Shown here in pieces: positions 31,525 through 40,359 of a DNA stretch of 64,000 bases. The DNA comes from an uncultured Gemmatimonadales bacterium (GTDB taxonomy: Bacteria; Gemmatimonadota; Gemmatimonadetes; Gemmatimonadales; GWC2-71-9). A program made the position numbers and the translations under genes. Under the pieces are notes generated by a model. It had not been told where the DNA came from. It searched no databases and worked only from the letters and a program-made list of their open reading frames with translations. Within the stretch, counting starts at the first letter, position 1; each line of letters opens with the position of its first letter. The stretch spans positions 1 to 64,000 of the forward strand of contig CAWCVB010000005.1 in assembly GCA_963798915.1 (NCBI GenBank), read 5' to 3'.

Positions 31525-32501
31525 GTGACACCGCAGCAGACCAGCTCCGGCGCGTCCTGCTCCTCATTCCCAAGCTGGCCGACGACGAAAATCACGACAT
31601 CAACGAGGTCGCGGCGTTGCTTGGTGTGGATCGCGCCACTCTGCTGCGGGATGTGCGTTCACTGGCCAGCAGGTTCGACGATCCCGGCGGCTTCGTGGAG
31701 GGAGTCACTATTACCTATGACGACGAGGTCGTGTCGGTGCATGCCAGCCACTTCCTGCGTCCGATGCGGCTCACCGTGAGCGAGCTGGCCGCGCTGGAGC
31801 TGGGACTGGCGATGCTGCGCGGTCTCCGTCCGCCCGAGGACCAGGCCGTGGTGGAGAGCGCACGGGAGCGGCTGCGCAAGGTGCTGGCAGAGCTGCCCGA
31901 CAGCTCCGATCATCTGGCGCTGCGTACCGCAAGTCTGGGCGCGCTGACGCCGGCCCTTCGTGCCATGCGGGAGACCCTGCGTCTGGCGTCGCGCGACCGG
32001 CACAAGGTCCGGTTCGGGTACCAGAAGGCGGACGCCGCCTCGGCGAGCGAACGGGTCATCTGTCCCTATGGCCTGCTCTTTTCGCGGGGCACCTGGTACC
32101 TGGTGGCGCACTGCGAATCGAGTGCTGGCCTGCGGGTGTTCCGGCTCGATCGCGTCACCGCGGTAGAACGGTTGGACGAGCGCTTCGACGGGCCCGAGGA
32201 GGCTGTGCTCGCGAGCGTGGTGCGCGACGGCCATGTGTTTCATACGGAGGATCCGGTGGCCAGCGTCAGCATCCGGTATGCACCGGCCGTGGCGGGATGG
32301 ATCGCGGAGCGGGAAGGCGTGGAACTGGCGGAGGATGGCTCGCTCACACGCGACTACCCGCTGGCAGACACCGACTGGGCAGTGCGGCATGTACTGCAGT
32401 ACGGCCCCGACGCGGAAGTGCTGGCGCCGGAGGAAGTGCGGGTGATGCTGCGGGAGCGATTGACGGGGGCCGGACGTCGAGCGTCAAGCGTCAAGCGCTG
32501 A
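31521..32501 (+). CDS. HTH-WYL-WCX regulator, PafC-like
   Basis: QLRRVLLLIP, RPMRLTVSELAAL, WYLVAHC..RVFRLDR, WAVRHVLQYGPDAEVLAP; ATGA overlap. Confidence 0.88.
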   Translation: MSDTAADQLRRVLLLIPKLADDENHDINEVAALLGVDRATLLRDVRSLASRFDDPGGFVEGVTITYDDEVVSVHASHFLRPMRLTVSELAALELGLAMLRGLRPPEDQAVVESARERLRKVLAELPDSSDHLALRTASLGALTPALRAMRETLRLASRDRHKVRFGYQKADAASASERVICPYGLLFSRGTWYLVAHCESSAGLRVFRLDRVTAVERLDERFDGPEEAVLASVVRDGHVFHTEDPVASVSIRYAPAVAGWIAEREGVELAEDGSLTRDYPLADTDWAVRHVLQYGPDAEVLAPEEVRVMLRERLTGAGRRASSVKR

Positions 32502-32536
32502 GGTTATCGGCGCGCTCGACGCTCAGCGCTCGACAG

Positions 32537-33121
32537 TCAGCCTTCGGCCGCCACGCCATTCCATGCGACTTCCACATCCGCCGCCGCCTGCTTCAGGATC
32601 TCGGCCACCCGGGCAAGGGCCGGATCTTCCGGACCCCGGCGCCAGGCGGTGCCGAAGGTGGTCCTTGCCAGGCGGGCAAAGTTGCGGTGGACGTCACCCA
32701 TCGCGCCGCCGGCCACGTCGCGTACCGTCTCGCGCACCCGGTCCACGATCTCGTCGATCACGTCACGGTTTTCCTTGAGATACGCTTCGCCCTCGGCGGT
32801 AACGTGGTACACCTTCTTGCCGTCAGTTTCCTCCACCCGGACGTACCCTTCGTCCTCCAGCAGCTGCAGGGTGGGGTACACCGTGCCGGGTGAGGCCGAA
32901 TAGCAGCCGGAGAGCTTTTCTTCCAGCGCTTTCATTACCTCGTAGCCATGCATCGGCTTTTCCTTGAGCAGGCGCAGGATGATGAACTTCACCTCACCCG
33001 ACTCGAACATCTGCCGGCGGCGCCGGCCCCGGCCGCCACGCGGGCCACCCCAGCCGCCGAAATTGAAGGGAAACTCTCCGGCAAAGCCGCCGAAGCCCCA
33101 GTCACCACGTGCGTTACCCAT
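32537..33121 (-). CDS. PadR family transcriptional regulator
   Basis: ILRLLKEKPMHGYEVM..SPGTVYPTLQLLEDEG..KKVYHVTAEG; GAGGTG RBS. Confidence 0.92.
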   Translation of the reverse strand: MGNARGDWGFGGFAGEFPFNFGGWGGPRGGRGRRRRQMFESGEVKFIILRLLKEKPMHGYEVMKALEEKLSGCYSASPGTVYPTLQLLEDEGYVRVEETDGKKVYHVTAEGEAYLKENRDVIDEIVDRVRETVRDVAGGAMGDVHRNFARLARTTFGTAWRRGPEDPALARVAEILKQAAADVEVAWNGVAAEG

Positions 33122-33133
33122 GTTGTCACCTCA

Positions 33134-33166
33134 GTATATCGTACGTTGTTACGGACGATATATCGT
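33134..33166. promoter_or_regulatory. Putative PadR operator ACGATATATCGT plus a half site
   Basis: Perfect 12-bp palindrome at 33155-33166 and TATATCGT 24 bp away, upstream of padR. Confidence 0.6.
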
Positions 33167-33250
33167 AATGAGTCGAGGGTCAAGGGTCAAGGGTCGCGGG
33201 TCGGAGCTGCGCCATGGCTCTGTCCGTACAAGGCTCGGGGTGGCTCCGGA

Positions 33251-33489
33251 GCTGTCATCCCGAGCGCAGCGAGGGATCTTGCCCGCCGTGCTTCGGAGCC
33301 GGTTGAGTAGATCCTTCGCTTCGCTCAGCTGTCATCCCGAGCGCAGCGAGGGATCTTGCCCGCCGTGCTTCGGAGCCGGTTGAGTAGATCCTTCGCTTCG
33401 CTCAGCTGTCATCCCGAGCGCAGCGAGGGATCTTGCCCGCCGTGCTTCGGAGCCGGTTGAGTAGATCCTTCGCTTCGCTCAGGATGACA
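33251..33489. repeat. Three identical tandem 77-bp REP-like units
   Basis: Units start at 33251, 33328 and 33405; only the last has the complete GGATGACA end. Confidence 0.95.
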
Positions 33490-33640
33490 GATATTGTCTC
33501 CGACGACCGACGACCGACGACCGACGACCGCACGACCGCCGACCGACGACCGACGACCGACGACCGACGACCGCCGAGCCGCCGAGCCAACGAGCCGCCG
33601 CAACCCTACATTGAACCTTTCCTTCTTCCGGAGACCCGCC

Positions 33641-34864
33641 ATGACCGCAGACGCACGCTTCTTGTTGCTGCTGCTCGCCCTTGTCGCCGCCGCTTGCAGC
33701 GAGGGCAGCGGGGCCACCTCGATCGTGACCGATAGCGCGGGTGTCGAGATCGTGACCAGTTCGGCGCCAGCGTGGACGTCCGGAGAGGCATGGACCGTCG
33801 ACACCGCGCCGCTGCTCGATATCGGCGGCAGCGGCACCGATCCGCACTTCGATCTCGTCGAGGTGGTCGACGCGGTACGGCTCAGCGGCGGTCGCATTGC
33901 GGTCATGAACAACAGCATTCCCGACCTCCGGTTCTACGATTCCAGTGGCGCCTACCTGAGTACCACGGGCCGAGCCGGCGAGGCACCCGGAGAATTCCGT
34001 CGTATCGCATCCATCCTGGCTGGTCCGGGCGACACCCTCTATCTCTATGACTACCAGCTCCGGCGGATGAATCGCATCGCGCCGGATGGGCGTTTTCTCT
34101 CCTCCGTACCGATGCCGCCATCGGGAGGGAAACTTGGCGTCGAGCCATTTGCCCGCCTTCCCGATGGCTCGTGGGCGGCCACGGTGGAGGAGTTCTCGGT
34201 TCAGACTGGCGGCGGTGCACAGCGCGATAGTGTGGCGGTGCTGCACCTGCCCGCCTCGCTGCAAGCCGTGGCGGACACGGTCGGCAGCTTTCCGGCCAGT
34301 GAGCTGTTCATCCAGACGAGCGGCGAGGGCGAGAACCGCTCCGTCAGGGTGATGCCACTCCCGCTGGGTTTGTCGACGACCTTTGCGCTGCAGGACTCAT
34401 CCATCCTCGTCGGGAATCCTGAGCGCTATGAAATTCGAGCCTACCGGTCCGACGGCACGCTGACCCGAATCATTCGCCGGCCAGTTGATCGTGAGCCGCT
34501 TAGCCACGGCGAACTCGATCGGTGGAAAGAGGACGAACTCGCCAGCGTGGATGCCAGAGGGAAGGAGCGGCTGGAGGCCGCATGGAAGGTTGCGCCGCTT
34601 ACCTCACTCAAACCGGCCTACGGGAGCATCCACGTTGACCAGGACGGCGATCTCTGGGTGGAGCACGTCAAGCTGGTGCGGTCCGACTCCGGAACGGCGG
34701 ACGTCTTTGATTCCCTGGGACGCCTGCTCGGTACTGTGGCGCTCCCTCCCGGACTCCAGATCGCCCGGATCGGGCCGGACTATATCCTGGGAATCTGGCG
34801 TGATGAGATGGACTTGGAGCACGTCAGGATGTATCGCTTGAGAAAGCCGGCTGGACGGGACTAG
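33641..34864 (+). CDS. Lipoprotein, 6-bladed beta-propeller-like
   Basis: Lipobox AAAC, TDSAGVEIV, GRAGEAPGEF, DQDGDLWV. Confidence 0.75.
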   Translation: MTADARFLLLLLALVAAACSEGSGATSIVTDSAGVEIVTSSAPAWTSGEAWTVDTAPLLDIGGSGTDPHFDLVEVVDAVRLSGGRIAVMNNSIPDLRFYDSSGAYLSTTGRAGEAPGEFRRIASILAGPGDTLYLYDYQLRRMNRIAPDGRFLSSVPMPPSGGKLGVEPFARLPDGSWAATVEEFSVQTGGGAQRDSVAVLHLPASLQAVADTVGSFPASELFIQTSGEGENRSVRVMPLPLGLSTTFALQDSSILVGNPERYEIRAYRSDGTLTRIIRRPVDREPLSHGELDRWKEDELASVDARGKERLEAAWKVAPLTSLKPAYGSIHVDQDGDLWVEHVKLVRSDSGTADVFDSLGRLLGTVALPPGLQIARIGPDYILGIWRDEMDLEHVRMYRLRKPAGRD

Positions 34865-34930
34865 CGGCCCTGCGCGTTCGACCAGACGACCATCGCTGCG
34901 CAGACAAATCTCCAACACCGAGGGCCCTCC

Positions 34931-36148
34931 ATGTCAGGCGACTCCCGCCCGATCCTGTTCCTGCTCGCCTTCGTCGCGGCTTGTGGTGAAGGTGCGCGCG
35001 GCCCCACCGCCGTCGTCACCGACAGCGCCGGTGTCGAGATCGTGACCAGCTCGGCGCCAGCGTGGAAGCCAGGAGAGGCGTGGACCATCGACACCACGCC
35101 ACTGCTCGACATCGGCGGCAGTGCGACCGACCCGCATTTTGACCTGCTGCAGGTGGCTGGTGCGACCCGGCTCAATGACGGTCGCGTGGCGGTACTCAAT
35201 TCCGGGACATCGGATGTGAGGTACTACGACTCGACCGGCACGTGGCTCTCATCGAGCGGCCGAAAGGGACAGGGTCCCGGTGAATTTGAGATGGCGGGAG
35301 CACTCTTCCATCTGCCCGGCGACTCGCTCGTTGTCTATGACTACCAGCTTCGGCGCATGAGTCGTCTGGCGCCGGATGGTTCGTTCCTGCCTTCCGTTTC
35401 AGTGGCGGAGGGCAGGGGAGGTCCGATGGTTATCCCCATGGGCCGGCTCGCGGACGGATCGTGGGCAGCCACCATTGGCAACGTCTTTACCATGGAGACC
35501 CGGGCTGGGGTGGCGCGACCGCGCCTGGTGCTGCTGCACGTCGCCCCCGACATGATCCAGGTGACCGATACCATCACGGTCCTGTTGGACAACGAGGCAT
35601 GGGTGGAGACCGGTGGGAGCGGTGAACAGCGGTTCATGTCCGTGCGGAGCCTGCCGCTGGGGCTCTCGTCCCCCAGCACGGTGGGTGATTCGCTCATTTT
35701 CGCAGGTGACGCAGCACAATACGTCATCGGAGTCTACCGGCCTGACGGGACACTGGTCCGGAGCATCCGCTACCAGGGACCGAGAACGCCGGTGACCGAC
35801 GACATCCTGGAACGGGTCAAGGCCAGCGAGCTGGAAGGGGTGTCGGATCACGACCGGGCCGAAGCCGAGGCGCGCTGGGCCAAGATGCCGAAGCCGAAGG
35901 AACTGCCCGCGTTCGATGCATTTCTCGTGGATGCCGACGGCAATCTCTGGGTGAGCGAGGGACGCGCGCTGCCGACGGATCCTGCCGATGCCGATGTGTT
36001 CGATCCCGCGGGGAAACTGCTAGGTCGTGTTCCATTGCCGGCCGGTTTTGCTCTCTCCGAAGTTGGCCACGACTATATGCTGGGTGTCTGGAAGGACGAC
36101 GATGGGCTGGAGCACGTCAGGATGTATGGGATTGTGAAAGGCGGCTAG
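34931..36148 (+). CDS. Lipoprotein, 6-bladed beta-propeller-like (tandem paralog)
   Basis: Lipobox VAAC, GRKGQGPGEF; collinear with the upstream gene. Confidence 0.75.
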   Translation: MSGDSRPILFLLAFVAACGEGARGPTAVVTDSAGVEIVTSSAPAWKPGEAWTIDTTPLLDIGGSATDPHFDLLQVAGATRLNDGRVAVLNSGTSDVRYYDSTGTWLSSSGRKGQGPGEFEMAGALFHLPGDSLVVYDYQLRRMSRLAPDGSFLPSVSVAEGRGGPMVIPMGRLADGSWAATIGNVFTMETRAGVARPRLVLLHVAPDMIQVTDTITVLLDNEAWVETGGSGEQRFMSVRSLPLGLSSPSTVGDSLIFAGDAAQYVIGVYRPDGTLVRSIRYQGPRTPVTDDILERVKASELEGVSDHDRAEAEARWAKMPKPKELPAFDAFLVDADGNLWVSEGRALPTDPADADVFDPAGKLLGRVPLPAGFALSEVGHDYMLGVWKDDDGLEHVRMYGIVKGG

Positions 36149-36267
36149 CGGGAGGGGTCGCTAGTCGTCAGTCGTCGGTCGTCCGTTGAGTTTCCGAGCC
36201 CCTATTCAATGCCGGGCCAGGAGATCCTGCCCGTCCCGCCCGTTCCGTCCGTCCCGCCCGTCCTGTG

Positions 36268-37257
36268 CTATCTCATCGCCGTCTTCATGCCCGACGGCGC
36301 ATAGCGCTCGCCGGCGCCGGCACCCACCGGCGCCGCCTCGTCCAGATGAGCCATGTCGGCCTCGCTCAGCTCGATGTTGGCGGCGGCGGCATTCTCGTCC
36401 AGGCGCGACGGCTTCCGGGTGCCGGGAATGGGCACGATATCGTCGCCACGGTGGAGCAGCCAGGCGAGCGCGAGCTGGGCCGGCGTCACGCCCTTGTCGG
36501 ACGCCAGACCGGTGACTCGAGACACGAGGCCAAGATTCTGCTGCAGGTTTGCACCCTGGAATCTCGGATGGCGGCGGCGGGTATCGTCTTCCGCGAGCGC
36601 ATCAGGGTTGGTGATGCTGCCGGTGAGCAGCCCTCGGCCCAGCGGACTGTAGGCCACGAATCCGATGCCGAGTTCCCGGCAGGTGTCGAGCCCGCTGGAC
36701 TCGATCTCGCGCGTCCACAGCGAATACTCCCCCTGCAGCGCCGTGATCGGATGCACCGCATGTGCCCGGCGAATGGTCTCGGGCCTGGCTTCCGAGAGTC
36801 CCAGGTGGCGCACCTTGCCCGCCTCTATCAGGCGGGCCATCGCGCCGACCGTCTCCTCGATCGGCGTCTCCAGGTCCACCCGATGCTGATAATACAGGTC
36901 GATGTGATCGACGCGGAGCCGCCGGAGCGAGGCGTCGCACGCGGCGCGGACATACTCGGGGCGACCACTCACGCTGAACTTGCTCCGGTCGTTCGGGTCC
37001 CGGACGTTGCCGAACTTGGTGGCCAGCACGACCTCGTTTCGCCGTTTCGCGATGGCCCGCCCGACCAGCTCCTCGTTCTCGCCCACGCCGTACATGTCCG
37101 CGGTGTCGAGGAAGGTGATACCGATATCGAGCGCGTGGTGAATCGTGGCGATCGATTCCCGCTCGTCAGATGGTCCGTAGAACTCCGACATTCCCATGCA
37201 TCCAAGCCCGAGGGCCGAGACGATCAGGCCCGGTGAGCCGAGTGTGCGTGTGTGCAT
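36268..37257 (-). CDS. Aldo/keto reductase
   Basis: [42 protein letters not shown]. Confidence 0.95.
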   Translation of the reverse strand: MHTRTLGSPGLIVSALGLGCMGMSEFYGPSDERESIATIHHALDIGITFLDTADMYGVGENEELVGRAIAKRRNEVVLATKFGNVRDPNDRSKFSVSGRPEYVRAACDASLRRLRVDHIDLYYQHRVDLETPIEETVGAMARLIEAGKVRHLGLSEARPETIRRAHAVHPITALQGEYSLWTREIESSGLDTCRELGIGFVAYSPLGRGLLTGSITNPDALAEDDTRRRHPRFQGANLQQNLGLVSRVTGLASDKGVTPAQLALAWLLHRGDDIVPIPGTRKPSRLDENAAAANIELSEADMAHLDEAAPVGAGAGERYAPSGMKTAMR

Positions 37258-37501
37258 GCTGTGACTCCTGCGTTCAGTCGTCGGTCGTCGGTCGTCGGTC
37301 GAGGGTCGAGGGTCGTGGGTCGCAGGCTGCGGGTCGTCAGTCGTCAGTCGTCAACAATGAAGTTTGTCATCCCGAGGCCGCGTAGCGGCCGAAGGATCTA
37401 CTGGTCCGGGTCCCGACGCTGGTGAGTAGATCCTTCGCTTCGCTCAGGATGACAGATCTCGCGGACCGACGACCGACGACCGACGACCGACGACCATCCC
37501 G

Positions 37502-39052
37502 TCACTCCGACTCCACGTCCAGCATTTCCGCATCGAGGTCCGGCAGCAGCGAATCATAGGTCTCCCGCGCAATGCTGCCGGTTCGCACTGCATCGAGCGC
37601 AAAGTCCTTGGTGTGAAGCGCCAGGTGGCGGCGTGCCCGGCGCAGTTCCTCTTCCGCCAGTTCGTGGCGCTTGACATGCAGCGACTTCAAGCGCCGCTCC
37701 CCCTCTTCCATCTGCTCGGTGTACTCCTCCCGCAGGCGCTTGAGGACGCCGGCATGGGTAAACCGAGTGGCTTCCATGCGATCGATTTCCGCCAGGGCCT
37801 CGCGCGCCACCTGGGTGCGCGCCCGCTCGCGCCGGTAGCTGGCCCATTCTTCACTCGAGTGTCCGATGCCCAGCCGGCGCATCAGCGGACCCATGGTGAG
37901 CCCATTCAGCAGGATCGAGAGCACCACCACGCCAAAGGTGACCGTGATCAGCTCGGACCGGGCGCCGAGTGCTGCGGGAAGGCCGAGCACCAGCACCATC
38001 GAGATCGCGCCGCGGAGGCCGCCCCAGGTCAGCACCAGGGCCCATGCCTTGGGAATGCGGTGCCGGGAGCGGGCGAGCACCAGCGTGATGGCGCCGATCA
38101 CCAGCGCGCGTGCCATGGTGACGGCCAGGAAGCCAAGCAGGATGGGGCGCCATGCCGCCACCAGCGCCGGCAGGCTCACTTCGAAGCCGATCAGCAGAAA
38201 GACCAGCGAATTGAGCGCAAAGGCCACGTATTCCCAGAAGGTCTCGACTGCCAGGCGGGTGGACGGCGCCATCCCGGTCTGCGCGGCATAGTTGCCGACG
38301 ATCAGGCCGGCGACTACGGTGGCGATCACACCCGAGTAGTGAAGCTGTTCCGCGAGCAGGAAGGAACCATACGCGGCGATGGTAGTGAGCGTGGTCTCGA
38401 TCATCGGATCGTTGATCCGCTGGATCACGTGCGCCGCGGAGGTGCCCATGAGCCCGCCGATCAGCGCACCCATCCCGACCACGGTGAGAAACTCGAGCAC
38501 CAGCGAGCTGGTATCGGTGTGGTTGCCCAGGACCGCGCCCAGGATGAGCGAGAAGACCACGATGGCCGTGCCGTCATTCAGCAGGCTCTCGCCTTCCATC
38601 AGGGTCGAGAGGCGCCTGGGTGCGCCCATGCTGCGGAACAGCCCGACGACGGCGATCGGGTCGGTGGCCGCGATCAGCGAGCCGAAGATCAGGGCCACGG
38701 GCCAGGTGAACTCACCGCCGGCGGGCAGCAGCCGGGCGGAGGCCACCAGTAGCGCGGCCGTGAGGCCCAGCGACACCAGCACGCCCGGCACGGCGAGCGA
38801 CGCGATGACCAGCCGGTCGCGCCAGAAGGACCGGAACTCCAGGTGAAATGCCGCCTCGAAGATCAGCCCCGGGAGGAAGATGGCGAATAGCATCTCCTCG
38901 GTGAGGTGCGGAGGGTCAAGCACGTGCAGCGCGCCCAGCACCAGGCCGGTCGCCACCAGCGCCGCGGTGTAGGGAACACCCAGCCGACGCGCGGCGATCG
39001 CCACCGCGGTGGCCACCACAAACAGCAGGATGATGAGGATTTCAAGGCTCAT
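37502..39052 (-). CDS. CPA1 family Na+/H+ antiporter
   Basis: ATDPIAV, EGESLLNDG, WGGLRGAIS, many TM helices. Confidence 0.92.
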   Translation of the reverse strand: MSLEILIILLFVVATAVAIAARRLGVPYTAALVATGLVLGALHVLDPPHLTEEMLFAIFLPGLIFEAAFHLEFRSFWRDRLVIASLAVPGVLVSLGLTAALLVASARLLPAGGEFTWPVALIFGSLIAATDPIAVVGLFRSMGAPRRLSTLMEGESLLNDGTAIVVFSLILGAVLGNHTDTSSLVLEFLTVVGMGALIGGLMGTSAAHVIQRINDPMIETTLTTIAAYGSFLLAEQLHYSGVIATVVAGLIVGNYAAQTGMAPSTRLAVETFWEYVAFALNSLVFLLIGFEVSLPALVAAWRPILLGFLAVTMARALVIGAITLVLARSRHRIPKAWALVLTWGGLRGAISMVLVLGLPAALGARSELITVTFGVVVLSILLNGLTMGPLMRRLGIGHSSEEWASYRRERARTQVAREALAEIDRMEATRFTHAGVLKRLREEYTEQMEEGERRLKSLHVKRHELAEEELRRARRHLALHTKDFALDAVRTGSIARETYDSLLPDLDAEMLDVESE

Positions 39053-39200
39053 GGGTGGTCAGCCGACGTCGGGTGAGATCATGCACGCACGCGGCCGGAC
39101 GCCGGCCGAGCATGGGAGGCACCCTGCGCCGTGCCTCTCATGCTCGCAATGATAGCAGTATCAGGATGTGGGCGGGGACCCCCGCGGGCTGGCGGGCCCC

Positions 39201-40175
39201 TCAGTCGTGCGCGAGCGCGGTTGCGTCGCTGCGGGCGTACCCCATCGCCGTGCCTGCCATTGCCCGGCTGCGCCAGGCCAGGATCGGCACCTGCGAATGG
39301 CGCAGCAGGTAGTCGGTGACACTGCCGAGGAAGACGCGGTTGGGGGCGCTCCGGTGATGCGCTGCGATGGTCACGAGGTCCACCGATTCATCCAGGATCA
39401 CCTGCAGCAGCGCCTTGGCCGGCTGGTCGTGCATGATGACCCGGCTGGTATGGGCAATGCCGGCGGCTTCCGCGCGGCTTCCGACGCGATGGAGGTGCGC
39501 TTCCAGCATGGCGACCTGGTCCGTGAGCGGCCCGTCGTCCAGCCCGGCACCCTTGTACTGCGCCAGCACGGCGACCAGCGAGAGCGTCGTGACGCCGGGT
39601 CGTGCGCTGGCCAGCGCGAATTCCATGGCCAGCTCCGCCTCGGACGAGCCGTCCAGCGGAACCAGAATGCGATGCGGATTGATCGGGATGAGCTTCTGCC
39701 TCGTCGCGTTGCCGGCCGGTCCTCGCAGCAGGAGACAGGGAATACCACTCCGGTGGAGCAGGGCGTCGGCCACGCTGCCGAGCCACATCTTGCCGACCAC
39801 GTTGCGAGCGTGGGTATGCATCACGATCAGGTTGATCCGGTGCCGATCGCAATACGCCAGCAACTGGTCGCCCACCGGCTCGGTCCCGTCCAGGAGCGTC
39901 GGGCGAATCACCAGGTTGTCGGTCTGCCCCACATTCGTGGCCCATCGGGACAGGTAGTTTTCCAGCTCGGTCCGGGTGATGCGATCGATATCACGGAGGT
40001 CGGTGAGCGGCACTTCCGGCGAGAGGCCGATCCCGCTCAGCCAGCCACTGGCGGGAATGCTGACTGCCACGAAATGCAGCCGCGCGCCATGCCGTTCGGC
40101 GATCGCTGCTGCGATGGGAATCGCGTCCTCCGCCAGGCGGCCACCGTCGAGTGGGACCAGGATTTCGGTGAACAT
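39201..40175 (-). CDS. Universal stress protein, two USP domains
   Basis: ILVPLDG twice; LGSVADALL and LGSVTDYLL. Confidence 0.9.
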   Translation of the reverse strand: MFTEILVPLDGGRLAEDAIPIAAAIAERHGARLHFVAVSIPASGWLSGIGLSPEVPLTDLRDIDRITRTELENYLSRWATNVGQTDNLVIRPTLLDGTEPVGDQLLAYCDRHRINLIVMHTHARNVVGKMWLGSVADALLHRSGIPCLLLRGPAGNATRQKLIPINPHRILVPLDGSSEAELAMEFALASARPGVTTLSLVAVLAQYKGAGLDDGPLTDQVAMLEAHLHRVGSRAEAAGIAHTSRVIMHDQPAKALLQVILDESVDLVTIAAHHRSAPNRVFLGSVTDYLLRHSQVPILAWRSRAMAGTAMGYARSDATALAHD

Positions 40176-40359
40176 GACGCCTCCCGGGTCGGATAGCCGG
40201 GACTCGCTGGGGAACCTGGGTCTCCCGGCTCTCCCAAATGTGCCCCGCGCCGACACTCGGAATCGTGAAGGAACGGGGAAATTTTCCTCACGAATTCCAC
40301 TGGATCGCCTTCATGCGGATCCGGTCGTTTCATTCACCCGGTGGAAGTATCATCCAGTC

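Noticed and set aside
33251..33489. Possible CRISPR array
   Set aside because: Units are identical over their full 77 bp with no unique spacers, match the dispersed REP family, and no cas genes are present
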